Assembly (NCBI GenBank): GCA_030430915.1
Contig: JAUIKH010000001.1
Coordinates: 1-51,981, forward strand
Reading direction: 5' to 3'
Length of the DNA: 51,981 bases
DNA from: a bacterium
GTDB lineage: Bacteria; Patescibacteriota; Saccharimonadia; Saccharimonadales; SZUA-47
The notes below the pieces were generated by a model. That model saw only the letters and a list, made by a program, of their open reading frames with translations, searched no databases and was not told the DNA's origin. The first letter of the stretch is position 1; every line of letters starts with the position of its first letter. This document shows, piece by piece, positions 40,814 to 51,006 of the stretch. The translations under genes and the position numbers were made by a program.

Positions 40814-41647
40814 TTAATCACACCTCGTATCGTAATCATCTATTTTTAAAACCGTGGTAGTACTACTGCCGCCTCCAATAGTAACTGATGCTTTCTTGTT
40901 GGTATTTGATGCATCTTCAAGACAGATTATCACTGCTTTACTTACATCTATAGAATTAAATCCGCTCACCCCTTCGATTGGGTTCATTTTACTAACAGCG
41001 TCTGTTCTTGACTCCCCAATACTAGTTGTTGGCACGCCGCCACTGAGCACAGACTGAGATAGGTTTGTGCTGGCTCGTAAGCTACTTCCTTCAAAATTAG
41101 ATAAAATTGCTACTGTACCGAATTCTTCTGGGGTTAAATTGTCATTAAAAACCTTAGTCACCTTTAGACCAAACCTTGTGCTTGCCTCCTCGACCATGCC
41201 TGGAATATCAGCTGCCACGGGCTTAGTCTGATCAATAGTCGTTGCTATTACATCTGGGTCTGAGGTATTCACATATCTTCTACCCGCCAGATTATATATT
41301 AAAAATTCATCTTCTTCTCCGTCTGGAGCAAATTGTATGGCTTTACCAACATACAGGCATTGGTTATTTGAACCAACCAAAGAAGCTCCTCCTGAATCGG
41401 AAATATTAGGTTTGTCAGCGTTTGGAGCAGTGCAGTTTACTTGTGCTTCGAATGGGTAATAACCAGTTGTAACATCATTCATAACATCACGTATTTTGGC
41501 ATCAAATTCTCGTACGCTTTGGGCAAATTGAACTTGTTGTTGTCGCCCATTAATTGCAACTATTGCCCCAACAAAAATAAGCCCTGATGCAGCAATAAAA
41601 ATCATTACCTCGATTATCGAAAAGCCCGCACCCTTGTTACCTATCAT
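40814..41647 (-). CDS. Minor pilin (FimU-like position)
   Basis: GAG|FSIIEVMIF. Confidence 0.85.
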   Translation of the reverse strand: MIGNKGAGFSIIEVMIFIAASGLIFVGAIVAINGRQQQVQFAQSVREFDAKIRDVMNDVTTGYYPFEAQVNCTAPNADKPNISDSGGASLVGSNNQCLYVGKAIQFAPDGEEDEFLIYNLAGRRYVNTSDPDVIATTIDQTKPVAADIPGMVEEASTRFGLKVTKVFNDNLTPEEFGTVAILSNFEGSSLRASTNLSQSVLSGGVPTTSIGESRTDAVSKMNPIEGVSGFNSIDVSKAVIICLEDASNTNKKASVTIGGGSSTTTVLKIDDYDTRCD

Positions 41648-41699
41648 AGATTTCAGTATACCATAAGCTCAATCAGTCACCGCCCCTGAATTTACCCAC

Positions 41700-41734
41700 C
41701 CCTACTGTACAAGGTCGGACCTTGTACAGTAGGG
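41700..41734. repeat. REP-like palindrome, copy 1
   Basis: ctactgtacaagg-tcgga-ccttgtacagtag. Confidence 0.9.
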
Positions 41735-41760
41735 TGTGATTTTCTTTCAGGATGACTGTT

Positions 41761-42567
41761 CTACAAGTATAGGAAGGTGCTGGTGTACCAATCTAATAAA
41801 CTTTGACCGAATAGGAAGCTGAAATATAAACCTAATATTAGAAATGGTCCGAACGGGATTTTCAGTTTTAATTTTTTTTTGCTATGAATTAGCATAGGCA
41901 AAGCCAAAATTAGTCCTAACATCGAGGCAAAAAACAAGCATAGCCATGCCAAGAACGGGTTAGCCAGAAACAAACCAATTGCTACACCTAATCGCACATC
42001 TCCATCACCTATCCATTTGCCGTCCGATACGACGTGTAAAAACCAGAACAGACCAGCTGACACCAATAGCGACAAGATAGTCGCCGTGATTGCTTCAATT
42101 AAGCCTTGAGTGTTAACAAAATAGCTAATGATTCTATATGCTAGTGCTGTGTAGATTAGTGGATAAACTAGCTTGTTAGGTAGCAAGTACCAGCGTATAT
42201 CAAAAACTATTAACGCAGACATCAGCACCAAACCAAATAACCATATTACAAACAACGATAATGCCAGTCCGCTAATCTCATATGGGAAATAGAGGTAAGA
42301 AAACAAAAACGCCAAGCCTGTGAATAGCTCAACTAATGGATAGAATACCGATAATTTTTTCTTACAATATCGACACTTGCCAGCTGTTGATAACCAGCTA
42401 AGAATTGGTATTAAATCAATTACAGATAGTTTATGCTTGCAGAAATCACACTTGGACCTGCCCTTTACCCAGTCTTTTTTAGCTTTCATGCGATCTACCA
42501 TCGCCAGAGCAAAGCTACCGAAACACAGCCCAATAATGAATAAGTAGATAGAAATAGCTGTTTGCAT
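41761..42567 (-). CDS. pilD: Prepilin peptidase
   Basis: GSF, RSKCDFC, DLIPILSW..GKCRYC, YPLVE, IGDGD, IPFGPFL; start assigned to MQTA. Confidence 0.95.
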   Translation of the reverse strand: MQTAISIYLFIIGLCFGSFALAMVDRMKAKKDWVKGRSKCDFCKHKLSVIDLIPILSWLSTAGKCRYCKKKLSVFYPLVELFTGLAFLFSYLYFPYEISGLALSLFVIWLFGLVLMSALIVFDIRWYLLPNKLVYPLIYTALAYRIISYFVNTQGLIEAITATILSLLVSAGLFWFLHVVSDGKWIGDGDVRLGVAIGLFLANPFLAWLCLFFASMLGLILALPMLIHSKKKLKLKIPFGPFLILGLYFSFLFGQSLLDWYTSTFLYL

Positions 42568-42601
42568 AAGAACTATACTACCAGAAATCACTAAGCCACG
42601 C

Positions 42602-42634
42602 TCTACTGTACAAGGAACGTCCTTGTACAGTAGA
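42602..42634. repeat. REP-like palindrome, copy 2
   Basis: ctactgtacaagg-aacgt-ccttgtacagtag. Confidence 0.9.
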
Positions 42635-42695
42635 TTGATTTATATTTGAGCTTGTTGATTATGGGAGATGGTTAAAGAGTTTTTAGGGCAAAATT

Positions 42696-42726
42696 AAAAG
42701 ACGCCCTTATATGGGCGCCTTTTTTA
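42696..42726. terminator. Terminator downstream of major pilin
   Basis: aaaagacgccc-ttatat-gggcgcctttt. Confidence 0.7.
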
Positions 42727-42746
42727 GTCAGAATAATTAATCTATT

Positions 42747-43286
42747 CTACTGAGTATCTAGGCAGTAGTATGCACCACCTTCGAGCTGCGTCCATATCGC
42801 AAAAGCTCTACCACTACCTGGCTGATCAACAATTGTCTCTCCATCACAACTTGCCTCTTCCTGGTATATGGCTGACCCGACGTCAGAAGGTGTAGTAGGA
42901 ACGCCTGTTACAGTTCCTTGTGATGAAAATGTGGTTGTAATACCAGTTCCTGTAGTAGGGTCTTCAACATTTATATTACAACTTGTCAGTGTTGTACCGT
43001 CACTTGCATCGGCACTACTTCCGCATCCTATGTACCTATCATACACATCATCTAAATCACTATCAGATTCCGGTATATTACCATTATTATTTCCGGCATA
43101 ATTTTGAATTTCAGATGTTAATCTTGCTAGTGTTGCCTGCCGTGCTTGGTTACGTTGGTTTCTCTGCAATTGTGGAATTGCAATCAGTACCACAACCAGA
43201 ATCAGACCGGCTATAGCCAATACAATCATGACTTCGATAATTGTGAAGCCTGATTCTTTTTTCTTATTTAATAAATTTTTTAGCAT
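42747..43286 (-). CDS. Type IV pilin (probable major pilin)
   Basis: ESG|FTIIEVMIVLAIAGLI, C-terminal Cys pair, own promoter, SD and terminator. Confidence 0.9.
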   Translation of the reverse strand: MLKNLLNKKKESGFTIIEVMIVLAIAGLILVVVLIAIPQLQRNQRNQARQATLARLTSEIQNYAGNNNGNIPESDSDLDDVYDRYIGCGSSADASDGTTLTSCNINVEDPTTGTGITTTFSSQGTVTGVPTTPSDVGSAIYQEEASCDGETIVDQPGSGRAFAIWTQLEGGAYYCLDTQ

Positions 43287-43387
43287 TCTTTCCCCCTTTT
43301 AAATTGTGCGAATGTTAACATAATGTTAATGTTAAGCCCTTTTATAAAAAAACACAAGCGTTTTATGAGCTTTTTTCTAATCTATCT

Positions 43388-44602
43388 TTAATTAAATGCG
43401 TCTGTACCTACCAATCCGTAAATTGGCAAAAGTATAGCGCTCACCAATATAATGGCAACTACACCTAAAACAACCATCAAAACAGGCTCTATTATGGTAG
43501 AAATGGTCTTGATCTGATTATCTACTTCTTTCTCATAATAATCTGCTACTTTTTCCATCATTTGCTCTAGCGATCCAGAATCTTCACCAATCTTTAACAT
43601 CTTTGGCACTAAATCAATGAAGTTTTCATCACCTTCTAGTGCATCAGACAGCGCCTTACCACCCCTGACTTGACTGGTTGCTCTACTTAATGACTCTTCG
43701 ACATAATAGTTATTAATGGCCCTACCGGTGATTTCTAGAACCTGAATAAGCGGCACGCCACTGGCCACCAATGTTGTACCCGTGCGAGCAAATCTAGCCA
43801 TGTACATCTTTGAGAACAACGCACCAAATGGCCACATTGTTAGTTTGGCTTTATCTATAATCTTTTTACCGCCCAATGTTCTTGCCCATTTAGTAGTAGC
43901 AAACACAATCACACCAATGAAAATAAATATAAGCCACCAATACTTAACCATGAAGTCAGAAACTGCCAATAGCAACCTAGTCAATATTGGTAAGTTTGCC
44001 CCAGGGATACCGTTATATAGCTCTTTAACCTGAGGTAACACGCTAATCATCATGAATGTCACCACAGCTGCCATTACTAGAAGCACAATAATTGGATAAA
44101 TCATTGCACCACGCACTTTAGAGGCAAGCTCTGCGTCTTTTTCTTGCTGATTAGCAATACGTTCCAGTGCAGTGTCTAGGGTACCAGATGCCTCACCAGC
44201 TTCAACTAGACTTACAAATACCTGATCAAATACATCAGGGTAGCCTGCTAAACTAGCAGAGAATGATTTACCACCCTCTACATCTGCTATCACGCCAGTT
44301 AAAACACTCTGTAGCTTAGGGTTTTTGGTTTGATCTAGTACGGATCTCAGACTCTGAACCAAAGGCAAACCGGCATCTATCAGCGTAGAAAGCTGACGAG
44401 AAAATATAACTCTATCTTTAGCCTTTATTCGGCCCTGGAAATACCTAGACAAACCACTATTGCTAGCTTCTGTTACATCAAGAAGTGAATATCCTTGATT
44501 CTTAACAATATCCGCCACTGCCTTCTCACTGCCCGCTTGAACAGTTCCAGTTATAGTCTTACCAGTGGCTGTATCTCTAGCTTTATACTTATACTCAATC
44601 AT
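43388..44602 (-). CDS. pilC: Type IV pilus platform protein
   Basis: FSRQLSTLIDAGLPL, GEASGTL, AMIYP, GEDSGSL, IEP. Confidence 0.95.
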   Translation of the reverse strand: MIEYKYKARDTATGKTITGTVQAGSEKAVADIVKNQGYSLLDVTEASNSGLSRYFQGRIKAKDRVIFSRQLSTLIDAGLPLVQSLRSVLDQTKNPKLQSVLTGVIADVEGGKSFSASLAGYPDVFDQVFVSLVEAGEASGTLDTALERIANQQEKDAELASKVRGAMIYPIIVLLVMAAVVTFMMISVLPQVKELYNGIPGANLPILTRLLLAVSDFMVKYWWLIFIFIGVIVFATTKWARTLGGKKIIDKAKLTMWPFGALFSKMYMARFARTGTTLVASGVPLIQVLEITGRAINNYYVEESLSRATSQVRGGKALSDALEGDENFIDLVPKMLKIGEDSGSLEQMMEKVADYYEKEVDNQIKTISTIIEPVLMVVLGVVAIILVSAILLPIYGLVGTDAFN

Positions 44603-44643
44603 CTTAAATATTTCCTGCTAATTTATTTAGATTTCCAACGTTT

Positions 44644-44815
44644 TGAAACTGCTTGGCTCTGATGTAGTTTTGCATTTTATTTGAGAAACGCAAAAGAGCC
44701 TTACTTATAGGTAAGGTGACTGCGTATCGGAAAATAAAATGTGAAAATACACAGAGAACACAAAATAATTCATTAACTTTGTTTATGATAAATTTTGTGA
44801 GTTCAAGTAGTTTCA
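44644..44815. repeat. Branched palindromic element between pilT and pilC
   Basis: tgaaactgcttg/caagtagtttca closing stem; cattttattt/aaataaaatg, ccttac/gtaagg, cacaaaat/attttgtg. Confidence 0.7.
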
Positions 44816-44817
44816 TC

Positions 44818-45897
44818 TTAGCCTCTCATTAGTCTGTCTAATTCTTCTATATCCACCGCGTAGTTTCTAGCTTCATCATAACTAATAGTGCCCGCATGTA
44901 TCATACCTACCAGAGTCTTATCCATAGACTGCATTCCATATTCAGCACCTGTTTGTATGACTGCCTCTAATTGGTGAGTTTTGCCCTCTCGGATTATGTT
45001 ACGGACGGCTGGTGTTACAACCATAATTTCTGCTGCTGGCTGTCGTCCACCTCCGATTGTAGGTATAAGTCTCTGAGAACATATTGCCATTAATATATTG
45101 CTTAATTGAGCTCTAATTTGTGGTTGCTGGTGTGGAGGGAAAACATCAATCATACGGTCAATACTCTGAGCAGCTGAGTTGGTATGAAGCGTTGCAAAGA
45201 CAAGGTGACCAGTCTCAGCAATTGTAATGGCACTGGCAATAGTTTCTAGATCACGCATTTCTCCAATCAACACAACATCTGGGTCTTGTCGTAAGCTTGA
45301 CCTTAGTGCAGCTGAAAAAGAAAACGTATCGTAATGAACTTCTCTCTGTACAAATACAGATTTCTTAGACTTGTGTGTAAACTCCACTGGATCTTCAATT
45401 GTAATAATATGCTCGGCTCGTTCACTATTAATCCTGTCAATCATAGCCGCAAGAGTAGTCGACTTACCAGAACCAGTCGGGCCAGTAACTAACACCAATC
45501 CTCTAGGATATTCTGAAAATTTATTAACAACTGGCGGTAGACCTAATTGGTCAACAGTCAAAATCTCATTAGGAATTAGACGTAATGCTGCAGCTAAATT
45601 ACCGCGCTCATGAAATGCATTAACACGAAACCGACCAAGATCCCCAAAAGCAAATGAGAAGTCAAACTCTTTGTCTTTGAGCAATATTTGCTTCTGGTCA
45701 TCATCTAATATCGCAAATATAAGTGCCTCGACTGTCTCTTCAGTCAATACATCTGTCCCTGAAATAGGCCCCAATGCACCATCAATACGAAGCATCGGAG
45801 GCAAGCCCACCTGCAAATGAAGGTCTGATGCCTTTTTCTTAACTACCTCTTCTAAAAGAAGTTCAATTCTTGGTTTTGATGTAGAACTTGCTGCCAC
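44818..45897 (-). CDS. pilT: Pilus retraction ATPase
   Basis: ASDLHL, GPTGSGKST, TIEDPVE, LRQDPD, TLHTNSA, AVRNIIRE. Confidence 0.96.
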   Translation of the reverse strand: MAASSTSKPRIELLLEEVVKKKASDLHLQVGLPPMLRIDGALGPISGTDVLTEETVEALIFAILDDDQKQILLKDKEFDFSFAFGDLGRFRVNAFHERGNLAAALRLIPNEILTVDQLGLPPVVNKFSEYPRGLVLVTGPTGSGKSTTLAAMIDRINSERAEHIITIEDPVEFTHKSKKSVFVQREVHYDTFSFSAALRSSLRQDPDVVLIGEMRDLETIASAITIAETGHLVFATLHTNSAAQSIDRMIDVFPPHQQPQIRAQLSNILMAICSQRLIPTIGGGRQPAAEIMVVTPAVRNIIREGKTHQLEAVIQTGAEYGMQSMDKTLVGMIHAGTISYDEARNYAVDIEELDRLMRG

Positions 45898-45930
45898 CCT
45901 TTTATCTCCTCATTGCTTTTTGATTTGTCA

Positions 45931-47712
45931 TTACTCTGATGCTGCTACCCTATTAACTTCAGCTATTGTTGTCATACCGCTTAATGCTTTTAGGTAACCA
46001 TCCTGACGCATTGTTATCATGCCCTCTTTTTGAGCTACATGCTGTATCTCAGAGCTAGTTGATCTTTTTAAAATCAGTTCTTGAATAGCCTCGGTGACTT
46101 CAAAAACCTCATACAGCCCCATCCTGCCTTTAAAGCCGTCCGGTGCCTCAGGCGTTGGTTTGCCCTTAAACAAAGTATAAGCGTTTTCACTACCTAGAGG
46201 CAAGTTAGAATAGCCTAGACTCTTAGAAACTGTTGATACCTCTTCTCTTTTTTTCGGTAAAATGTCACCCAAAGTAGCAATTATCCCCTCAGTTTCTGCC
46301 TTACTAGATTTATACGGATCTTTTTCGTCAAGATTTCTCCTGACTAATCTCTGTCCAATAACGGTATTTACTGTACTGGCAATCAAAAATGGTTCGATTC
46401 CCATGTCCAAAAGTCTAGGTAAAATTCCAGCCGCTGAGTTAGTGTGGAGTGTAGAAAAGACCAAGTGACCTGTTAGTGCTGCTTGTACCGCTAGCGTAGC
46501 AGTTTCTTTATCTCGAATTTCTCCAACCATCACAACGTCTGGGTCTTGACGTAAAATTGAGCGTAAACCTGATGAAAAAGTTAAGCCAACGTCAGCATTA
46601 ACTTGAATTTGATTAATGCCACTCATTTTATATTCGACGGGGTCTTCTAGGGTTACTATGTTTATCTCATCACTAATAATCTCTTGCAAGAGTGCATAAA
46701 GCGACGTAGACTTACCGGACCCAGTTGGGCCACTGGTTAAAATCATTCCGTTGGGCCTCTCTAGGCCTTTTCTGATAACTTTTAGTGACCTGCCAATATA
46801 GCCCATATCTTCCAGTTTCAGCGATGTACCGCTTTTATCTAATAGTCGGATTACTACTTGCTCACCCCAAACGACTGGAGATATTGCGATACGCAAATCA
46901 ATTGTTCTCCCGTCTACCATAATTGAAAATTGACCATCTTGAGGGATTCGATGTTCATCAATTTTCAAATTTGCCAAGATTTTTATACGAGACACCAGTG
47001 GCGCTTCAGTACTTTTAGGTGTTTGCATAATCTCTCTCAAAACACCATCCACTCTGGCTCTAATTTTCAGCTTATCTTTTGTCGGTTCTATATGTATATC
47101 ACTAGCACTGTTTTTAGCCGCGTAGTTAAGAATGCTTGATAGCGCTTTGCTAATAGGTGAGTCATTAGATATCTCTGCAATCTTTTGGCTCGCCTCCTCT
47201 TCCTCTGGAGTGGTTTTTTCAGTCTTTTCTAGCTGAGCATCCAATGCACTAGCCACATCCCTGCCTAGATCACCTTTGTACTGCTTTAAGACATTTTTTA
47301 TACCTTCTTCACTAGCGGCATAAACCTTTAGTGGACGTCCGATTTTTTTACTTAAGAAATCAACAGCTTGTACATTATCAGCATCAAGCATTGCTACAAC
47401 TAGCCTATTTTTCATTTCTCCTAATGGAACCGACATATACCGTTCAGCAACTTCTTGTGGCAATGTAGATAAAATTTTTGGGTCAATATTTGCCTTGGTT
47501 AAATTTACATAAGGCATCTTGGTAACATGAGCTATTGTTTTGGTTAAATCTTCATTAGAAACATGGCCTTCTGAAACTATAGTAGAAAATAGCGGACTAC
47601 TCTTTTTTTCGGACTTTTCTTTAATTTTTTTTAGGTCCTCAGCAGTTATCAGCCCTTGTTCTACAATGGCTTTTTCAACCTGTTTTTGAACCGCGGTCGA
47701 TAATACACTCAT
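45931..47712 (-). CDS. pilB: Pilus assembly ATPase
   Basis: ASDIHIEP, PQDG, GPTGSGKS, LRQDPD, TGHLVFSTLHTN. Confidence 0.94.
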   Translation of the reverse strand: MSVLSTAVQKQVEKAIVEQGLITAEDLKKIKEKSEKKSSPLFSTIVSEGHVSNEDLTKTIAHVTKMPYVNLTKANIDPKILSTLPQEVAERYMSVPLGEMKNRLVVAMLDADNVQAVDFLSKKIGRPLKVYAASEEGIKNVLKQYKGDLGRDVASALDAQLEKTEKTTPEEEEASQKIAEISNDSPISKALSSILNYAAKNSASDIHIEPTKDKLKIRARVDGVLREIMQTPKSTEAPLVSRIKILANLKIDEHRIPQDGQFSIMVDGRTIDLRIAISPVVWGEQVVIRLLDKSGTSLKLEDMGYIGRSLKVIRKGLERPNGMILTSGPTGSGKSTSLYALLQEIISDEINIVTLEDPVEYKMSGINQIQVNADVGLTFSSGLRSILRQDPDVVMVGEIRDKETATLAVQAALTGHLVFSTLHTNSAAGILPRLLDMGIEPFLIASTVNTVIGQRLVRRNLDEKDPYKSSKAETEGIIATLGDILPKKREEVSTVSKSLGYSNLPLGSENAYTLFKGKPTPEAPDGFKGRMGLYEVFEVTEAIQELILKRSTSSEIQHVAQKEGMITMRQDGYLKALSGMTTIAEVNRVAASE

Positions 47713-47730
47713 GATTTAAGAGTGCTACCT

Positions 47731-47976
47731 TTACTGCGTACCTGAAAACGGATTGCTTTGTTCAAATTGTATTTCGAAATCCCTGACAGGATTAATTGAC
47801 TGACTATTAAAATATACGCTGCTCGGCCTATTAAACTCTGTAGAGATTGCCTCAACTGTCTCAACTTTTTCCTTACGGTCTTCTGGAGTCGTGAAGATTT
47901 TTCCTGAAATTATTATAGAGGCTACTGCACTTACAATAGCAACGACTATGAGTACACCAATATCTTTTGTCTTCAT
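47731..47976 (-). CDS. Small single-TM pil-cluster protein (PilP position)
   Basis: N-terminal TM, ends ..NPF. Confidence 0.7.
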   Translation of the reverse strand: MKTKDIGVLIVVAIVSAVASIIISGKIFTTPEDRKEKVETVEAISTEFNRPSSVYFNSQSINPVRDFEIQFEQSNPFSGTQ

Positions 47977-48663
47977 TTATTTAACCTCCTTAGAGCCTAA
48001 TTCAAATGTCTTCGGATATGCAAAGAATGTATGCAGTGAAAGTTGTGTGTTTATATTTCCTGAACTTATAGACATATCTAGGCTATCCACATACATTGGT
48101 CTTATTGATCTCTCTAAAGTAGTGAGTAATTCTTTTGTTCTGTCCTGACTAGCCGTGAAAGAAAATGAGTACGGTACTTCTACGACTTCTGCATTCGCTT
48201 GATCTGAAGAAACAAGTCCTGAGTCCTCTTGTCCACCCAAAGCTTCAATTAAGTACCCGCCGTCTTTTAGTATTTTTTCAAAGCTACTGGCAAGCGCAGG
48301 ATAATCATACTTATCAGGCAATGCATCTAGTACAAGCTTATCATTTCTACCGTCTATGCCGCCTTTAGCTTCAGGCTCTGGATTGCCGCCAAGGATATTC
48401 TGTTTTTCATCAACAAACGCATCATACGATTTCTTCAAAGTTACTAAGTCTTCTTGATTTTTTTCTAGTAGCTTCAGAGTCTCTTCTTTTGCACCGCTTA
48501 CTCTGTTGTGATACAAACTCTGGCTAAATAATGCTTTTATTGCAAAAAGGCTAAACACTACAATAAATATAGCGGTTCCAACAGCCACCAAAGTAGTTGT
48601 ATTTGTCTTATCAATTATATCGTGTTTGATTGATTTGTGGCCTGCTGAAGCTTTTTGTGGCAT
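47977..48663 (-). CDS. PilO-like protein
   Basis: TM, coiled coil, DALP, LERSIRP; position after pilN. Confidence 0.75.
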   Translation of the reverse strand: MPQKASAGHKSIKHDIIDKTNTTTLVAVGTAIFIVVFSLFAIKALFSQSLYHNRVSGAKEETLKLLEKNQEDLVTLKKSYDAFVDEKQNILGGNPEPEAKGGIDGRNDKLVLDALPDKYDYPALASSFEKILKDGGYLIEALGGQEDSGLVSSDQANAEVVEVPYSFSFTASQDRTKELLTTLERSIRPMYVDSLDMSISSGNINTQLSLHTFFAYPKTFELGSKEVK

Positions 48664-49388
48664 TATTGTTGACCTCCATTTGGATTTTCTGGGTTTTCAG
48701 GTGGCGCTGTAGTATACGTTGTGTCGGCCAGTATCATTGTAATTTCTTGAGTATTGTCATAAATTATTGGATCAAACGTAAATTTAATCGTAAAAGATGC
48801 ATCTTCGTTTGTCCCACTTAGAGTTGTCTCCAGGTCTGTATATGGATTTTGACTCTCTGATTTTACGGTCTTGAGTATACTTACTTCTGATGCGCCATCA
48901 GCATTTTTAGTAATACTTTCTAGCTCTTCATTGGTTATAAACTTTACAGACTTTAATGTATCGACATAACGATTAACTGTAGCTATCGAGTCAGCTTTGC
49001 CACTGATTTCCATGGTTGATGACTCCATATCAAGATTTAGTGTTGATAGCTTAACTTCATTCGGGCTGACAAAGGTCATGTAGTCAAACACTCGAGATGT
49101 TTCTGGCTTACTTTCATGTATTCCTGGTAGATGTGACAGCTGACTCTGAATTGTTAAGATTTTATCAAGGTCTTCTGTAGATTTGATTTCGTTTGATACA
49201 GTCTTGATGTCTTCAGTTAAATCATCTATATGATTTTTTTGTCCAACCTGAACGTATAAAAACATAATCACAACTATCCCAATAGAAACTGCTGAGGCTA
49301 AAAAGGCCGAAGATACTAAAAGCCTGCGTTGACGTCTAGCTTTAACGTATTCTTTTTTTACGTCTGGTAATAGATTAAATTGCAGCAT
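48663..49388 (-). CDS. pilN: PilN-like protein
   Basis: QFNLLP PilM-binding motif then TM, ISGKA. Confidence 0.85.
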   Translation of the reverse strand: MLQFNLLPDVKKEYVKARRQRRLLVSSAFLASAVSIGIVVIMFLYVQVGQKNHIDDLTEDIKTVSNEIKSTEDLDKILTIQSQLSHLPGIHESKPETSRVFDYMTFVSPNEVKLSTLNLDMESSTMEISGKADSIATVNRYVDTLKSVKFITNEELESITKNADGASEVSILKTVKSESQNPYTDLETTLSGTNEDASFTIKFTFDPIIYDNTQEITMILADTTYTTAPPENPENPNGGQQ

Positions 49389-50425
49389 TATTCAATCCTC
49401 TCCGCGAGTCCTGCTGCAACAGCAAATTTATTAGAAACTGCTAATAATTCATTCTGCTTATTTGGGGGGAAACTGACATTATGCCATGCACTACCTATTT
49501 CCACACTTATGCCAAATTTATTGGCCAATGTTAGTGGTAATTCGGGTAAAGTAGACGCCCCTCCCGTAACTAGTATTCTTGTAATTTTATTCTCAGGATA
49601 TCTAGTGTTCAAAAATTTGATTGATTTCTCAATTTCTGCCGTCAAGACCTCGATAGATCCTTCAATAGCATTATAGATTTGACCCTCTAGCTTATCTTTG
49701 CTCAGACCAAATTTGAATACAAATTGCTGCGCCTGCTTCTCATCTATACTTAAGCTTCGCATTGCTGACTTAATTACATCCTCAATACCTACAGGTATAG
49801 ATCGAATCAGTCTTGGTGCATCGTTGATTGTTATAACAAGGTCTGTCGCTAAATCTCCCATATCTAATATCAATGTTGGCTCACTATTACCGTGAGCAAT
49901 CAATGATCTGGTTATAGCCATACTATCCGGCTCAAATGCAATGACGTTCAGACCGATTGACTCAAGCATGTCTAATCTTTTCTCTACAAAATCATTACTA
50001 ACACTTGATAGTAATAACTCGACTTTACTTGCCTCCTTGGGTGAATCGCCAAGTAGTGCCCAGTCTATCTTTGACTCAGCTAGCGGTGTTGGTATCAGAG
50101 AGTCTGCCTGAAACTTAATAGTTTTTTCTAGCTCCGAAGGACTTAGTCTGTCTACATCAACTACTGTGCTAAACACTTTTTGTGACGGTAAGCCTACAGC
50201 CACGCTTGGCGTAGATATGCCGCTCTGATTAATAAGCTGTTTGATTGCTTGGGCCAATTTTTGCTGATCAGCGTGGGCATCACTTCTAGAAATTTTTGTG
50301 TCAATATCAAGAGATCCATAGCTCACAAGAACTTTGTTTTTGTTGCCCCGCATTTGCACCACCCTTATGGCTGTGGTACCGATGTCTAGGCCGAAAAAAT
50401 CTGATCCAATCGATAATAAACCCAT
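49388..50425 (-). CDS. pilM: Type IV pilus assembly protein PilM
   Basis: GLDIGT, ILDMG, LVTGGAS, AVAAGLA actin-like motifs. Confidence 0.93.
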   Translation of the reverse strand: MGLLSIGSDFFGLDIGTTAIRVVQMRGNKNKVLVSYGSLDIDTKISRSDAHADQQKLAQAIKQLINQSGISTPSVAVGLPSQKVFSTVVDVDRLSPSELEKTIKFQADSLIPTPLAESKIDWALLGDSPKEASKVELLLSSVSNDFVEKRLDMLESIGLNVIAFEPDSMAITRSLIAHGNSEPTLILDMGDLATDLVITINDAPRLIRSIPVGIEDVIKSAMRSLSIDEKQAQQFVFKFGLSKDKLEGQIYNAIEGSIEVLTAEIEKSIKFLNTRYPENKITRILVTGGASTLPELPLTLANKFGISVEIGSAWHNVSFPPNKQNELLAVSNKFAVAAGLAERIE

Positions 50426-50517
50426 AGCGTTATTGCCTATTATAAAGCATATGTTTAAATTTCCTATACTTATTTAGGAAAATTATTTTAAAGAGTAATA
50501 ATTTAGCAATTTAGATG

Positions 50518-51006
50518 TTATTTTTTGAGATTGTTGATAATGTATTCTAGACCATCAAGCATTTCGTTGGATCTATTGATAGCCGACCTAGCGGTAGATG
50601 GATTTGTAGTTTCACTGAATTCGAAGCCATCTTTAGCAGATGACACCTCTATAGTTGCTCTAACTTCGGGCTTTTTCGGATCGGTAAAAAATATTTTCAT
50701 CTCGCTAGCATCCGCTTCTGTAATCTGAAAGTAAATCATCATATCCGCGTCAGGCACACTGCCTGTCATTTCGGCTGAATATAATACGCTCATCCTTGGT
50801 GTTGAATAATAGAAGCTCCCAGTGCCATCTGAGTATATATCTACGGTAGACTGTATTCCGTATCCAGCAGCGTTAATAGACAAATCTCTACAAAGCTTCA
50901 TAGCTCGTCTTGCAATGCTTTCTCCAGTGTAACTCTCATTAACCACAGCTTCTTGCTTCTTCTGTGGCTCTGGAGGCACCCATTTATCTATAGTGTCTTT
51001 CGGCAT
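50518..51006 (-). CDS. Hypothetical protein, paralogous to the C-domain of the upstream gene
   Basis: 162-aa ORF with TATAAT 7 nt before ATG; motif similarity to 51050-51895. Confidence 0.75.
   Translation of the reverse strand: MPKDTIDKWVPPEPQKKQEAVVNESYTGESIARRAMKLCRDLSINAAGYGIQSTVDIYSDGTGSFYYSTPRMSVLYSAEMTGSVPDADMMIYFQITEADASEMKIFFTDPKKPEVRATIEVSSAKDGFEFSETTNPSTARSAINRSNEMLDGLEYIINNLKK

Noticed and set aside
43305..43336. ttaacataatgttaatgttaa as a dif site for the Xer gene
   Set aside because: Better explained as the pilin extended -10 (TGtTAACAT); similar ttatgttaa occurs in promoters near 18620 and 28110; no XerC arm
44604..44816. 70-aa ORF between pilT and pilC
   Set aside because: Coincides with nested inverted repeats; no recognisable motif (not fully excluded)
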